A stretch of DNA of 64,000 bases from Eledone cirrhosa (GCA_964016885.1 OZ024748.1:7440001-7504000), one strand, 5' to 3'; shown: positions 48,000-60,963, numbered from the stretch's first letter. The notes: generated by a model from the letters alone, not told the origin. Numbers and translations: made by a program.

Positions 48000-48509
48000 A
48001 TATATATATATATAATTATATATTAACAAGTGTGTGTGTATATGTATACCTTACTGATTTATATGTAAATTTGGAGAGAAATTATTATAAAATTACAAGC
48101 TGTAGAAAGAACCACCCATGCAGTCACACACCTATGGACTCCATTTTATAGCAGCAGTTTAGAAATGCAGTTCTATAGATATTATTTCTACCTCACTATA
48201 GCTCACTGTACTACTGTATTACAACAGCCTTGAAATTGTGGAGGGTGGCTTTAGATAATAGCTTCATTTAGATTATATTGTGTACTAGGATGGTTGCCTC
48301 AGTTAAAATAAATCTCATGTATGCATGTATGGTTGTATTTACGTATTTATTTATATATATAAGTATTTGAATATGTACGAACATATCTACGAGTATGTAT
48401 ACACATAATTATATATCTACATATAGGTATATGCATATATATCTATATGTAGATATATAATTATGTGTGTGCTTATATATATATATAGATCATTGTGTGT
48501 GTGTGCATA

Positions 48510-48561
<52 letters not shown>

Positions 48562-48569
48562 ATAGAGCA

Positions 48570-48618
48570 GTTTCAGAAGATCCTGTTAAGGGTGAAAGCA
48601 GCGATTCTTTGCTTAAAC
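48570..48618 (+). ncRNA. Hammerhead-like motif, family F (variant core CAGAAGA)
   Basis: GTTT-CAGAAGA-TCCT-GTTAA-GGGT-GAAA-GCA-loop-TGC-TT-AAAC; second copy at 60821-60890. Confidence 0.6.
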
Positions 48619-48736
48619 CTTAATCGGTTACTTTAATTTAAAAAAATATATATGTATATATAGGTATGTATGTATATATATATTATATATATATATAAGA
48701 ATAACTGTGATTACATATACCGTGATTACATATATA

Positions 48737-48777
<41 letters not shown>

Positions 48778-48822
48778 GATTAATTGATACCAAAGAGAAC
48801 CACAGATAAATATGGTACCTAT

Positions 48823-48922
48823 TTGACTTTGGCTTTCATCCTTACGGGGTCGATAAAATAAAGTACCAGTAATACACTGGGCAATTGCTGGCCTTGTGCC
48901 AAAAGTAGAAACAATTATTATT
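48823..48922 (+). mobile_element. 5'-truncated Meta-like SINE
   Basis: Near-identical to 16789-16885. Confidence 0.88.
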
Positions 48923-49021
48923 TCATAGAGAAATGAGAAATTAATTCTACATGACTAGAAATGATTCGAAGATATTCTTCATCATTTCAGACGAATGGCA
49001 TAGATCTAGTCGACAGACCTT

Positions 49022-49118
<97 letters not shown>

Positions 49119-49579
49119 ATGTGTGTGTGTGTGCGCGTGTGTGTGCGTGCATGTGTGTGTGTGTGCGTGCGTGTGCGTGTGTGTTGTGTGCGTATATATA
49201 TACGATTTTTAATGCGATGAAATACCAATGATGGTTGGAAAATCACTGACGAAGGACTATTTTTATCATATGTAACCCATGTACAAACCACGCAGTATTC
49301 TTCTTTATTCTCATGTTTTATATATATATATATATAAAATATAAATATTTACATATATGCGTATGTGTGTGAGTTTGTGTATATATTATATGTATATATA
49401 TATGTTTGTATGCTAGAAAGATGGAATCGAAATTCTAAACTTGTTTATTGCTTTACAATTATTTCAGGTGTGTTATATATCATTAGCAGTTAGTTAAAAT
49501 ATATTTTATAGGTAATTTGAGCAGAACAATGAAGAAACAATAAATGAAATGAATATATATATATATCAATAATATTAAG

Positions 49580-49782
49580 AAGTGGAAGCTATCTTTATAA
49601 AACCATATATATTTTATTATATATATTTCAAGGGTACAAAAATTTTGGTACGCTCTCATCAAAGTAAGGTACTTAATACATAAAAGAGTATAAATATTTA
49701 ATATATAATTGGGAGAAATCATCAGGAAGTCCAGGTGATTTCTCCCAAATGAAACAGTTTTAGTCCTGTAGAAGCCATTTAT
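49580..49782. mobile_element. Chimeric family B/family C hammerhead element with inversion
   Basis: Minus: CTTCCTGATGATTTCTCCC..GTATTAAGTACCTTACT-TTGATGA-GAGCGTACC..GAAATATATA; plus: TGATTTCTCCCAAATGAAACAG..CTGTAGAAG. Confidence 0.75.
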
Positions 49783-49789
49783 ATATATA

Positions 49790-49877
<88 letters not shown>

Positions 49878-49878
<1 letters not shown>

Positions 49879-50059
49879 TAGATGAGATTCTACAGGACTA
49901 GAACTGTTTCATTCTTTAGAAGTCATTCCTGATGATTTCTAAAGAATGAAACAGTTCTAGTCCTGTAGAATCTCATCTATATTAAAACTTTTATACTCTG
50001 CAATGTATTGAGTACCTTACTTACTGTGGTTACCTCCGATTCAACCCGGAATAACGTAC

Positions 50060-50062
<3 letters not shown>
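49878..50062 (+). mobile_element. Family B fold-back element
   Basis: 49878-49926 is the reverse complement of 49932-49980; tail ends CCCGGAATAACGTA; TA flanks. Confidence 0.88.
49925..49971 (+). ncRNA. Complete type I hammerhead motif, family B
   Basis: ATTC-CTGATGA-TTTC-TAAA-GAAT-GAAA-CAG-TTCTAGTC-CTG-TA/GAAT; predicted cleavage after 49967 (GUA). Confidence 0.85.
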
Positions 50063-50114
<52 letters not shown>

Positions 50115-50123
50115 TATATATAT

Positions 50124-50231
50124 ATGAAAATGTATGACCCCGACGGCAGAGCTCAACCCGTTTCGACGTCATACATTTTCCTATTACCCACTCTACACCC
50201 GTAAGTATTGAGTACTCTGGTGCGTTATGTT

Positions 50232-50235
<4 letters not shown>
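50124..50235 (+). mobile_element. Family A fold-back element (internally deleted)
   Basis: Inverted GTATGACCCCGACGGCAGAGCTC..TTTCGAC, then forward GTCATACATTTTCCTATTACCCACTC..GTATTGAGTACTCTGG. Confidence 0.82.
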
Positions 50236-50282
<47 letters not shown>

Positions 50283-50288
50283 TATATA

Positions 50289-50382
50289 AGGTTATTGAGT
50301 AATTTCGTTTACTGGAGGTGGCACCAATAGTAGCACTCGGTGCTATATTAAGTTTGATAAATATTTCACTTTAAAAGGCTTA
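50289..50382 (-). mobile_element. TA-embedded short tail carrying a TAGCA-CCGAG-TGCTA hairpin
   Basis: Hairpin at 50331-50345, about 43 nt from the TA junction. Confidence 0.5.
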
Positions 50383-50425
50383 TATCTATGTATATACATA
50401 TCACACACACAGACACAAACACATG

Positions 50426-50458
<33 letters not shown>

Positions 50459-50521
50459 AAATATTAAATATATTTATATGTATATATATATATATACGTA
50501 TACATATACATATATATACGT

Positions 50522-50566
<45 letters not shown>

Positions 50567-50581
50567 TATATAGATATATAG

Positions 50582-50621
<40 letters not shown>

Positions 50622-50702
50622 ATACGTATATGTATATATATATATATACATATATATATATACATATATATATACGTATATATATGTATAGATATACATA
50701 TA

Positions 50703-50759
<57 letters not shown>

Positions 50760-50924
50760 GTATACATATACATATATATATATACGTATACACATACATA
50801 TATATATATATACATATATATATCTTATAGCGTATGGTTTATGTGCCCTGATATATATATGGTATTTTATGTATTCACACTTAGATATTTATGTATATAT
50901 AGGGAGTAGTTAATATTTATATGT

Positions 50925-50993
<69 letters not shown>

Positions 50994-51076
50994 TTAGTAT
51001 TTTATGTATATATAATTAGTGTTTTATGCATATATAGACATTTATATTTATATAACTACTGATTTATGTTTATAAG

Positions 51077-51112
<36 letters not shown>

Positions 51113-51191
51113 GGAATATCATTCATATGAAATATGTGTCAGTGTATGTGTGTAGGGGTTTGTGTCTGTGCGTGTGTTCATGTATGTATGC

Positions 51192-51269
<78 letters not shown>

Positions 51270-51387
51270 GGTGATTTACAAGCTAATGAATGATAATGTA
51301 AATTCTTTTGAATATCTTGAAATAGCAGTCGGAGTAAAAATCAATCTAAAAACGGCGCACTATATATATATATATATATATATATAC

Positions 51388-51596
51388 AGGAACGAGTAGG
51401 ACCCCGACGGCTGAGCTCAAGCCGTTTCGACGGCTAATTCTGGACTAAAATGTTTTAGTCCAGAATTAGCCGTCGAAACGGCTTGAGCTCAACCGTCGGG
51501 GTCCTACTCGTTCCTATTACCCACTCTACTACCCTAAGTATTGATAACTTTGGTGCGTTATGGTCCACCTGGTTCCTTACCACATTTCCTTCGTTA
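51388..51596 (+). mobile_element. Family A fold-back element
   Basis: Palindrome centred on CTGGACTAAAA-TG-TTTTAGTCCAG; long arm ends TTCCTTCGTTA(TA)n. Confidence 0.9.
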
Positions 51597-51890
51597 TATA
51601 TATATATATATATATATAGTGTAAGTGATTCAGTGAATTACTGGTCGTGGTAACAATACAAACCCTCGGGGTACGTAATTTTGATAAACTTCCCTTCAAA
51701 ATCCCCTTCAATTTCTCTCTGCATTGAGTGAGATTCTTGTATTTCTCAGGGACTCCCATCATCAAAATCCTGAATTGATGCGCTGAATAGGTTTTAGTAT
51801 CATGTGATAATATTGAAGTTGAAAGACGGGTAAATTATTAATAAAATAATTTGAAGTACCTATTTGGTTATCAATTGATTTTATATATAT

Positions 51891-51942
<52 letters not shown>

Positions 51943-51945
<3 letters not shown>

Positions 51946-52134
51946 CGAAGGAAATGTGGTAAGGAACCAGGTGGACCATAACGGACCAAAGTACTCAATA
52001 CTTAGGGTAGTAGAGTGGGTAATAGGAACCAGTAAGACCCCGACGGCTGAGCTCAAGCCGTTTCGACGGCTAATTCTGGACTCAGAATTAGCCGTCGAAA
52101 CGGCTTGAGCTCAGCCGTCGGGGTCTTACTGGTT

Positions 52135-52139
<5 letters not shown>
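51943..52139 (-). mobile_element. Family A fold-back element
   Basis: Long arm on minus strand; short arm ends GGTTCCTATATA. Confidence 0.9.
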
Positions 52140-52176
<37 letters not shown>

Positions 52177-52322
52177 GTTTAATGTGATGTGGTTACCCCC
52201 TATTGAAACCAGGATGCACACACACACACATATATATATATATATAAATATATATATACATATATTCACATAGATATGCATGTGTACGCGTAACTAAATT
52301 TTATTATATTTATATATATATA

Positions 52323-52401
<79 letters not shown>

Positions 52402-52537
52402 CTATGACTACACTGAGCTTATATATAATTTTAATAGATATTTGAATTTAATATATAATTAAATATTCTATTTTATGTATGTTCACCCGTGTGTCAGAGA
52501 CAGCACAGGTTTTAAATAAGGTAGCAGGAGGGCGCCC

Positions 52538-52613
<76 letters not shown>

Positions 52614-52708
52614 ATTATTATTATCCGATAACTGGATGGAGCTCTGTCGTGTAGTATTCTCTTCTAATTAGCCACAGGTTGACCAATGGCTAATTAGAAT
52701 CAGTTACG

Positions 52709-52752
<44 letters not shown>

Positions 52753-52755
<3 letters not shown>

Positions 52756-52922
52756 TTAATATAGATGAGATTCTACAGGACTAGAACTGTTTCATTCTTT
52801 AGAAATCATAAGAATGAAACAGTTCTTGTCCTGTAGAATCTCATCTATATTAAACTTTTATACTCTGCAATGTATTGAGTACCTTACTTACTGTGGTTAC
52901 CTCCGATTCAACCCGGAATAAC

Positions 52923-52925
<3 letters not shown>
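52753..52925 (+). mobile_element. Family B fold-back element
   Basis: Near-identical to 49878-50062 but with a different inversion junction. Confidence 0.88.
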
Positions 52926-52962
<37 letters not shown>

Positions 52963-53033
52963 TGATGGCCTCCAAAAACAACGATTTTTAAAAGGGGTAC
53001 GTCAATGTCTATTTATAAAACTGTTATATATTG

Positions 53034-53098
53034 TATTTTGTCTGATGAAGGCATACCATAATGTAACTTGGTATCCTTGAAATATATATAATGAAATA
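53034..53098 (+). ncRNA. Type I hammerhead motif, family C
   Basis: TATTTTGT-CTGATGA-AGGCATACCA-loop-TGGTATCCTT-GAAA-TATATA-TA-ATGAAATA; element spans about 52961-53230. Confidence 0.78.
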
Positions 53099-53225
53099 AA
53101 TATGGTTTTATAAATATAGTTTCCATTTATTAATATCGTATATCTACTCCAAATATTTGTCGAGTGCTTTATATCAGTTATAAAAATATTTGCTTGTTGT
53201 ATCCCAACAATTTAAATAGAACTTT

Positions 53226-53263
<38 letters not shown>

Positions 53264-53369
53264 GAGGCGACGTCTCTTCATATAGCTTCTTTCTTTCTTT
53301 ATCCTTTCTTTCTCTTTATTTCTTCCACTCTAGCAGTAGCAACACACACACATGTAGTCACACACCCAG

Positions 53370-54120
53370 ACACGCACAGAAACACAGAAACACACAGACA
53401 CACTCAAAACTACACATACACACATACAGAAAGAGAGACTCACACAGACTCACACAGACTCTCACAGTCACACACATACACACACAGACACACACAAAAC
53501 TACACATACACACATACAGAAAGAGAGACGCACACAGACTCACACAGACACACACGTTCACACACAGACATACACAAAACTACACATGCACACATACAGA
53601 AAGAGAGACGCACACAGACTCACATAGATACACACATTCACACACAGACACACACAAAACTACACATACACGCATACAGAAAGAGAGACGCACACAGACT
53701 CACATAGATACGCACATTCACACACAGACACACACAAAACTACACATACACACATACAGAAAGAGAGACTCACACAGACTCACACAGACTCACACAGACA
53801 CACACATTCACACACAGACACACACAAAACTACACATGCACACATACAGAAAGAGAGACGCACACAGACTCACACAGACGCACACATACACACACAGACA
53901 CACACAAAACTACACATACACGCATACAGAAAGAGAGACGCACACATACCCACACATACCCACACATACCCACACAGACACACACAGACACACACAAAAC
54001 TACACATACACGCATACAGAAAGAGAGACTCACACAGACTCACACAGACTCACACAGACACACACATACCCACACATACCCACACAGACACACACAGACA
54101 CACACAGACACACATACAGA
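53370..54120. repeat. About 60-70 bp CA-rich minisatellite
   Basis: CACAAAACTACACATACAC.CATACAGAAAGAGAGAC repeated. Confidence 0.9.
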
Positions 54121-54452
54121 GAATGTGTTCAGTTTATTTGTCTAGAGGAACTTCCACACTGACTTCAATGTCATGATACAAGCCATTGTTTTATGATTTT
54201 ACTATCAATTTAGTTTTACTAAATAAAATGTAATAAGATAAAGCAGTCACTTAAACCGAAGCCGGTCGCAAAGAGAATATTAGCCTTCATATAAAATCCA
54301 TATAAAATCGTCCACAAAGACTATATTAACAGTCATATAAAACATATATAAAATAAACATTAATACATGCTTTTACATTGCTTTAGTGAATGTTAGCTGA
54401 TAAAACTGACACATATAACCTCCATATTCCGTCTTGTTATTACCTATTGTGT

Positions 54453-54531
<79 letters not shown>

Positions 54532-54683
54532 TTTTGTTCTTGTTCATGTTTACTTTGGTGGACGTGGTGGTGGTGGACGTGGTGGTGGTGGTGGTGGTGG
54601 TGGCAGTGATGATGATAGTTGATAGTGAAAGTGTTGAAAAGTATCTTAATGGTAGAGTTAGAGAATGATGACGATGACATTGG

Positions 54684-54718
<35 letters not shown>

Positions 54719-55523
54719 ATGATGATGATGATGATAATGAAGTGGTGGAGTAGGAAGGGGAAGAGGATTTTATTGTGGTTATGATGTGACGGAAAACCAG
54801 ACTAAGAATAGTTACAACTGGAATTCCTTTTATTATAGATCATATGTCTGTCTGTCCGATCTCAGGGCTAAACTGGCCCCAAATGCCAAGACACCCACAA
54901 CAAAGGTTGACAGACATTTCAGTCAAGGTGGGTGCTTCTACACGGTAGTTTGAATTTCTAGAAATAGCAACCAAATATAACTCATATCACACCAACCTAC
55001 GCAACATCTCTGAATCGATAAAAAAAAAAGAAAGTTTTATGTCAATGTTGATAGTGGTTCGAACCTCAACAGATGTGTTGTGTTGAGTTGTTTCAATCAT
55101 GCCCCTGTTTATCTCATTGGTCATCAAATCATCAACAAGTTTGTATCCTGATTCTGATTAATTAGGTCGCAGATTACATAACAATTTAGATTTTGCAGGC
55201 CGTTACGTAACTCCACCGAAACACCTGTTAATAAATTTGCTGCATCAATAAATTCTTCTTCAATGTTCAGCAAGTATTACGCAATTTTCCTGATTTCCAA
55301 TCTATGTTATATTACATCACTCATTGGCACCTTTATATGATACTCAGTGATGAATAGCAACCAGATATCAACTATATAATACTGCATAGAATACGTTCAG
55401 CACAACTATATAGTAAGCTGCCTCTTTCCGTTTTCTGACGTACGTCCACTGGTATTACAGTACAGTATAGCTGCCTACAAAGAACAAAGACCTACACCCT
55501 ATTTTGCATATATATATATATAT

Positions 55524-55581
<58 letters not shown>

Positions 55582-55715
55582 CTGTCATTTTTGAGGTGTG
55601 ATTGTGACAACAAAACAGAGTTACAACTCACAAATGTACAGGCGTTCAATCACACCTCGCTCACCTACACATTTATACACGCATATGTACATACGTACAC
55701 ATGTATGCATGTACA

Positions 55716-55768
<53 letters not shown>

Positions 55769-55952
55769 CTCTCTCTATATATATATATAAACACATACAA
55801 GCCATCAGGATAGTTTTCCCTCTGTTAAACAATTATCTCAAAATTTATTCTGACTTAATTCAATTTCAACCACCGTCTTATGTCACTCTATTTCTACATT
55901 AGCTTTCATTCTCACTTTACACCACCACTAATACCGACACCTCTTCTTCTTC

Positions 55953-55997
<45 letters not shown>

Positions 55998-56199
55998 TTG
56001 GTCGTCGACATAGTTATCGCAATTATAATTATTTGTTTACGATTAATAATATTTCTAATAGTATTAAAACTATTGTCCCCCAATTTTTTGTGTCTCTAGA
56101 AATTCAAACCCTCATCAAATTAAATTCTTCAAGTTTCACATGAGGAGTAACGTAAGGGTGGGAAGGATGGTGCTACCTTCTCGTGTGTTTTATGAAAGA

Positions 56200-56489
56200 T
56201 GCTTGACAATTGAGAGATCACAGCTCCAATACTATGGTCATGTGGTTAGAATGTCTGAGGAAAGAATCTCTGGACGGATTTTTACAGGCAAAACCAACTG
56301 GCAAGAGACCCAGGGGTAGATAAACGCCGAGCAAGACGGTTTGATAACATCCATGAGCCTGGCTGGTCATGATTGGGGATCCAGCTGGATCAGTTGGAGA
56401 TGGTTGCTTCTGACAGGACTAGCTGGAAGGAGTGTTTGAGGACTCTATCACTTCCCACCCGCGGCCTTCTCAAGAAGAAGAAGAAGAAG

Positions 56490-56519
<30 letters not shown>
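56200..56519 (+). mobile_element. 3' fragment of an RTE (Expander/Rex3-like) LINE with (GAA)n tail
   Basis: IERSQLQYYGHVVRMSEERI..KPTGKRPRGR..LGIQLDQLEMVASDRTSWKECL..PRP, with frameshifts. Confidence 0.85.
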
Positions 56520-56520
<1 letters not shown>

Positions 56521-56794
56521 GAAAGTGTTATTTCAGTGTTTTATTGTTAAATAGAATTTAGAGGAAGAATAATTCACTGGGGTGTTGTTTCTGTAGAGAT
56601 AACAGAGTAACAACAACAACAACAACAATAACAATAACAACAATAACAACAATAACATCATTAACAACAATAACAACAATAACAACAATAACAACAATAA
56701 CAACAATAACAACAATAAGAGTCAGTAAAAGTTGAATTATTTCCTAAAATTGCATGTTTACAGTTTACATTTCTGTCTAATTAAACAATAGAAT

Positions 56795-57685
56795 GTCCCC
56801 ACCACCACTACCACCACTACCACATACCCCCAATACCACCACCCTCACAACCACCACCTTCCATACTACCAACAACAACCTCAACACCACCCCTCCAAAA
56901 ACATTGACTGTACCACTAACAACAACACCAACATTACCACCACCAACATCAAAAGTACCATCACTACCAATAACACAACCAATACCGACACCACCACCAA
57001 CAACAATACCACTCCCAGCACCACCACCACCACCACCACCACCACCACCACCACTCCCAGCACCACCACCGCCAAAACAACAACAACCAACACCACCAAC
57101 AACAACAACAGCACCAATAACAACAACACCACCACCAACAACAACAACAACACCAATAACAACAACACCACCACCAACAACAACAACAACACCAATAACA
57201 ACAACACCACCACCAACAACAACAACACCAATAACAACAACACCACCACCAACAACAACAACAAAGCTACTTCAAGTAAACAATAATAAAACGCTAATGT
57301 ATTTGTTGTTATTTTTTTTCAAGTTAGTGTTTATTGCAAGTCTATGTTTATGTGTGTCCTTATATGGGCATAAGGGGGTGGGTGGGGTGTCATTTTGGAT
57401 TTCTGTCAGTTCTTCAGCAGTGCCAACACCACCACCACTTACAACACCACCAACACCACCACCACCACCTTCACCAACAACAACACCAACACTACCAACA
57501 ACAACAACACCAAAAACAACACCACCAATACAACCAGCACCACCACCACCACCAACACCACACCAACACCACCACACCTCCACTACCACCATCACCACCA
57601 CCACCACCTCCACCAACACCACACCACCACCACCACACCTCCACCACCACACCACCACCACCACACCACCACCACCACCACTATA
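56795..57685. repeat. (CCA/CAA)n compound microsatellites
   Basis: Direct reading. Confidence 0.9.
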
Positions 57686-57881
57686 CTAACCATCATTCAC
57701 TCGGTTCTGTCCAGTCATCCTAAAACATTTCTGGCCAGAGAATCTTAAATCTCTTCTTGTCTTATTTTTATGATTCACGCGTGTCATTTGAATAATTCTC
57801 ACTTGGCATCGACACAGGACCTCCCCCCCCCCCCCCCCCCACCCCCACCGTTCTCTCTCTCACTCTCTCTCACTCTCTCAC

Positions 57882-58034
<153 letters not shown>

Positions 58035-58049
58035 TTATATATATATATA

Positions 58050-58100
<51 letters not shown>

Positions 58101-58143
58101 TTATATGAATATATGTATATGTATGGATAAGAAGGTATGTGTG

Positions 58144-58201
<58 letters not shown>

Positions 58202-58426
58202 TATGCATATACACTTATAAATACACTCTGCAGAATTTTGACTCAACTCACACTCTTATTCTCTTACACATATACATACATACACACATAAACATGTACA
58301 TGCATACATATATACATACATGCACACATAGTTACATACATACATACATACATACATATATACATACATACATAAACATGTACATGCATACATATAGACA
58401 TACATGCACACATAGTTACATACATT

Positions 58427-58458
<32 letters not shown>

Positions 58459-58648
58459 CATACATAGATTCATACATACATATATACACACATACATACA
58501 TACATACATACATATATACATACATACATTCATACATACATATATACATACATACATACATACATACATACATACATACATACATACATACATACATACA
58601 TACATACATTCATACATAGATACATACATACATACATACATACATACA

Positions 58649-58682
<34 letters not shown>

Positions 58683-58724
58683 CATACATATATACATACA
58701 TATATACATACATACATACATATA

Positions 58725-59333
58725 TGGTGGCTGCCAACTCGTTTTCGAGTACGGCCACTACTTTATATCCATGTAGGAGAACCCCTACTGATGCGCTGAA
58801 CGAGTGTGACTTTTTAGTCCAGCCAGCGACTTGAAAACTCTGGTACAAAGACTACACTTGTGACAATTATTGACACATAGTGTTGGGCCCATGGTACCAT
58901 GTGACGACAAGTGCAGAGAGATCTCCAGATATAAAGCAATGCCTGTGCCGTGAAGCTTTTATAGTGAGCAAAGGCACTGCACAAAGCCAGTCCCACTCTC
59001 TTAACCAAGATGATATTTACCAAAAAGAAGAACAAGTCAACATCATTGGATACCATCAGGGTTGCAGGTGTTATATCAGAGTTTTCCTTCTCCTAGAATT
59101 CTGCCTTGACAAAGGCTAAGGGGTCATCTCTCCCGGTGATTTTGGATGGCCATTGACTCTTAAGAGCTCCTTTGCCCTTTGACAGGTTTTGTTTTTAGTC
59201 CTGCAGGATGTCCAAAGTCACCCTCCTCACCAAGAAACCTTGGTGGGGTTGCCAGTTTAGTCGCCAACGACCCGACCATGAGACAGGTTGTACTGGGATA
59301 CATGTTACCAGTAGCACCAACTGGTGACCTGAC
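58725..59333 (-). mobile_element. About 610-bp non-coding element in (CATA)n, probable non-autonomous RTE derivative
   Basis: CATA repeats on both sides; minus strand has CTAGGAGAAGGAAAACTCTGA (recalled from RTE 5' UTRs) and a structured 5' end; no credible ORF. Confidence 0.6.
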
Positions 59334-59505
59334 ATACATATATACACACATACATACATACATACATACATACATACATACATACATACATACATACATA
59401 CATACACTTCCAGAGAATTCCCTCAAAAGACACTCCTCCCCCTCTCCGTTATTCGCTCTGCTCTATCACACTTTCACAAACATATATTACACATACACAC
59501 ATACA

Positions 59506-59543
<38 letters not shown>

Positions 59544-59785
59544 ACATACACTACACATACGCACACACAGACATAAAGTATTTGCACATACATATACACA
59601 CATACTACACATAGACAGACTACACACACATACATATATCCTATACAAAACGACACAACAGACGTCTACTAGATATAGCAGTCAAATCCCCCTCAAAAAC
59701 TAGACCGAGGTGAGCATAATTGGAACGGTTTCGCCTCCTTTCTTCTTAGGCACACACGTACACATACATACACACATGCGCACGC

Positions 59786-59836
<51 letters not shown>

Positions 59837-59839
<3 letters not shown>

Positions 59840-60030
59840 CGAAGGAAATGTGGTAAGGAACCAGGTGGACCATAACGCACCAAAGTACTCAATACTTAGG
59901 GTAGTAGAGTGGGTAATAGGAACAAGTAAGACTCCGACGGCTGAGCTCAAGCCGTTTCGACGGCTAATTCTGGACTCATTAGCCGTCGAAACGGCTTGAG
60001 CTCAGCCGTCGGGGTCTTACTTGTTCCTAT
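59837..60030 (-). mobile_element. Family A fold-back element
   Basis: Near-identical to 51943-52139. Confidence 0.9.
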
Positions 60031-60046
60031 ATATATATATATATAT

Positions 60047-60556
60047 CAGATGGTGGATGGGTGCTACACGAGAATGCTGAGGATGGCTCTGTTTCCAGCA
60101 CAGTTACGTCCCTTAACGATCTGAGTTCAAATACCGCCGAGGTTGACTTTGCCTTTCATCCTTACGGGGGTCGATTAAATAAAGTACCAGTAATGCATTG
60201 GATAATTGCTGGCCTTGTGCCTAAAGTAGAAACAATTAATCAGTATAGACTGAGGATGAAAAACTCAGAGCTGTATGGGAGCCTCCCAAATGTCAGCTCA
60301 AAAGTGATACGGAGGAGACTGAGGTTAGCTGGACATGCTCACCGTCATCCAGAGTTGACATTGCACTCAGTGCCCCTGTGGGAGCCCCTACATGGACAGG
60401 ACACACTGGAAGAGGAAGACCAAGGTTAACGTATGTTGATGCCTTAAGGACGGACACTGGTCTGTTGGGGACGCAGGACATGGCAGCGATAATGAGGGAC
60501 AGAGACCGCTGGAGAGAACTCGTCCATGGATCTCGGGAATTTTACCTGCCCTAGAA
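60047..60556 (+). mobile_element. Second 5'-truncated copy of the RTE LINE, interrupted by a SINE
   Basis: Aligns to the reverse complement of 47511-47875; same 3' end TTTTACCTGCCCTAGAATAT. Confidence 0.92.
60092..60238 (+). mobile_element. 5'-truncated Meta-like SINE nested in the RTE copy
   Basis: Matches 16738-16884; absent from the RTE copy at 47.5 kb. Confidence 0.9.
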
Positions 60557-60572
60557 TATCTATCTATCTATC

Positions 60573-60742
<170 letters not shown>

Positions 60743-60889
60743 TAATAATAATAAATGTGAAGACTAGAATCCACAGAGGTCTCGATAACGATAAATACAT
60801 ATCGAATATATAAGAACCCTAGAAGATCCCGTTAAGGGTGAAAGCAGCGATTCTTTGCTTAAACTTTAATCTGTTATTTTAGTAAATAA

Positions 60890-60963
<74 letters not shown>

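Noticed and set aside
56793-57689. 298-aa Pro/Thr-rich mucin-like ORF (also 7688-7954 and 13210-13944)
   Set aside because: Built from CCA/CAA repeats open in multiple frames, with no supporting domain or splice structure
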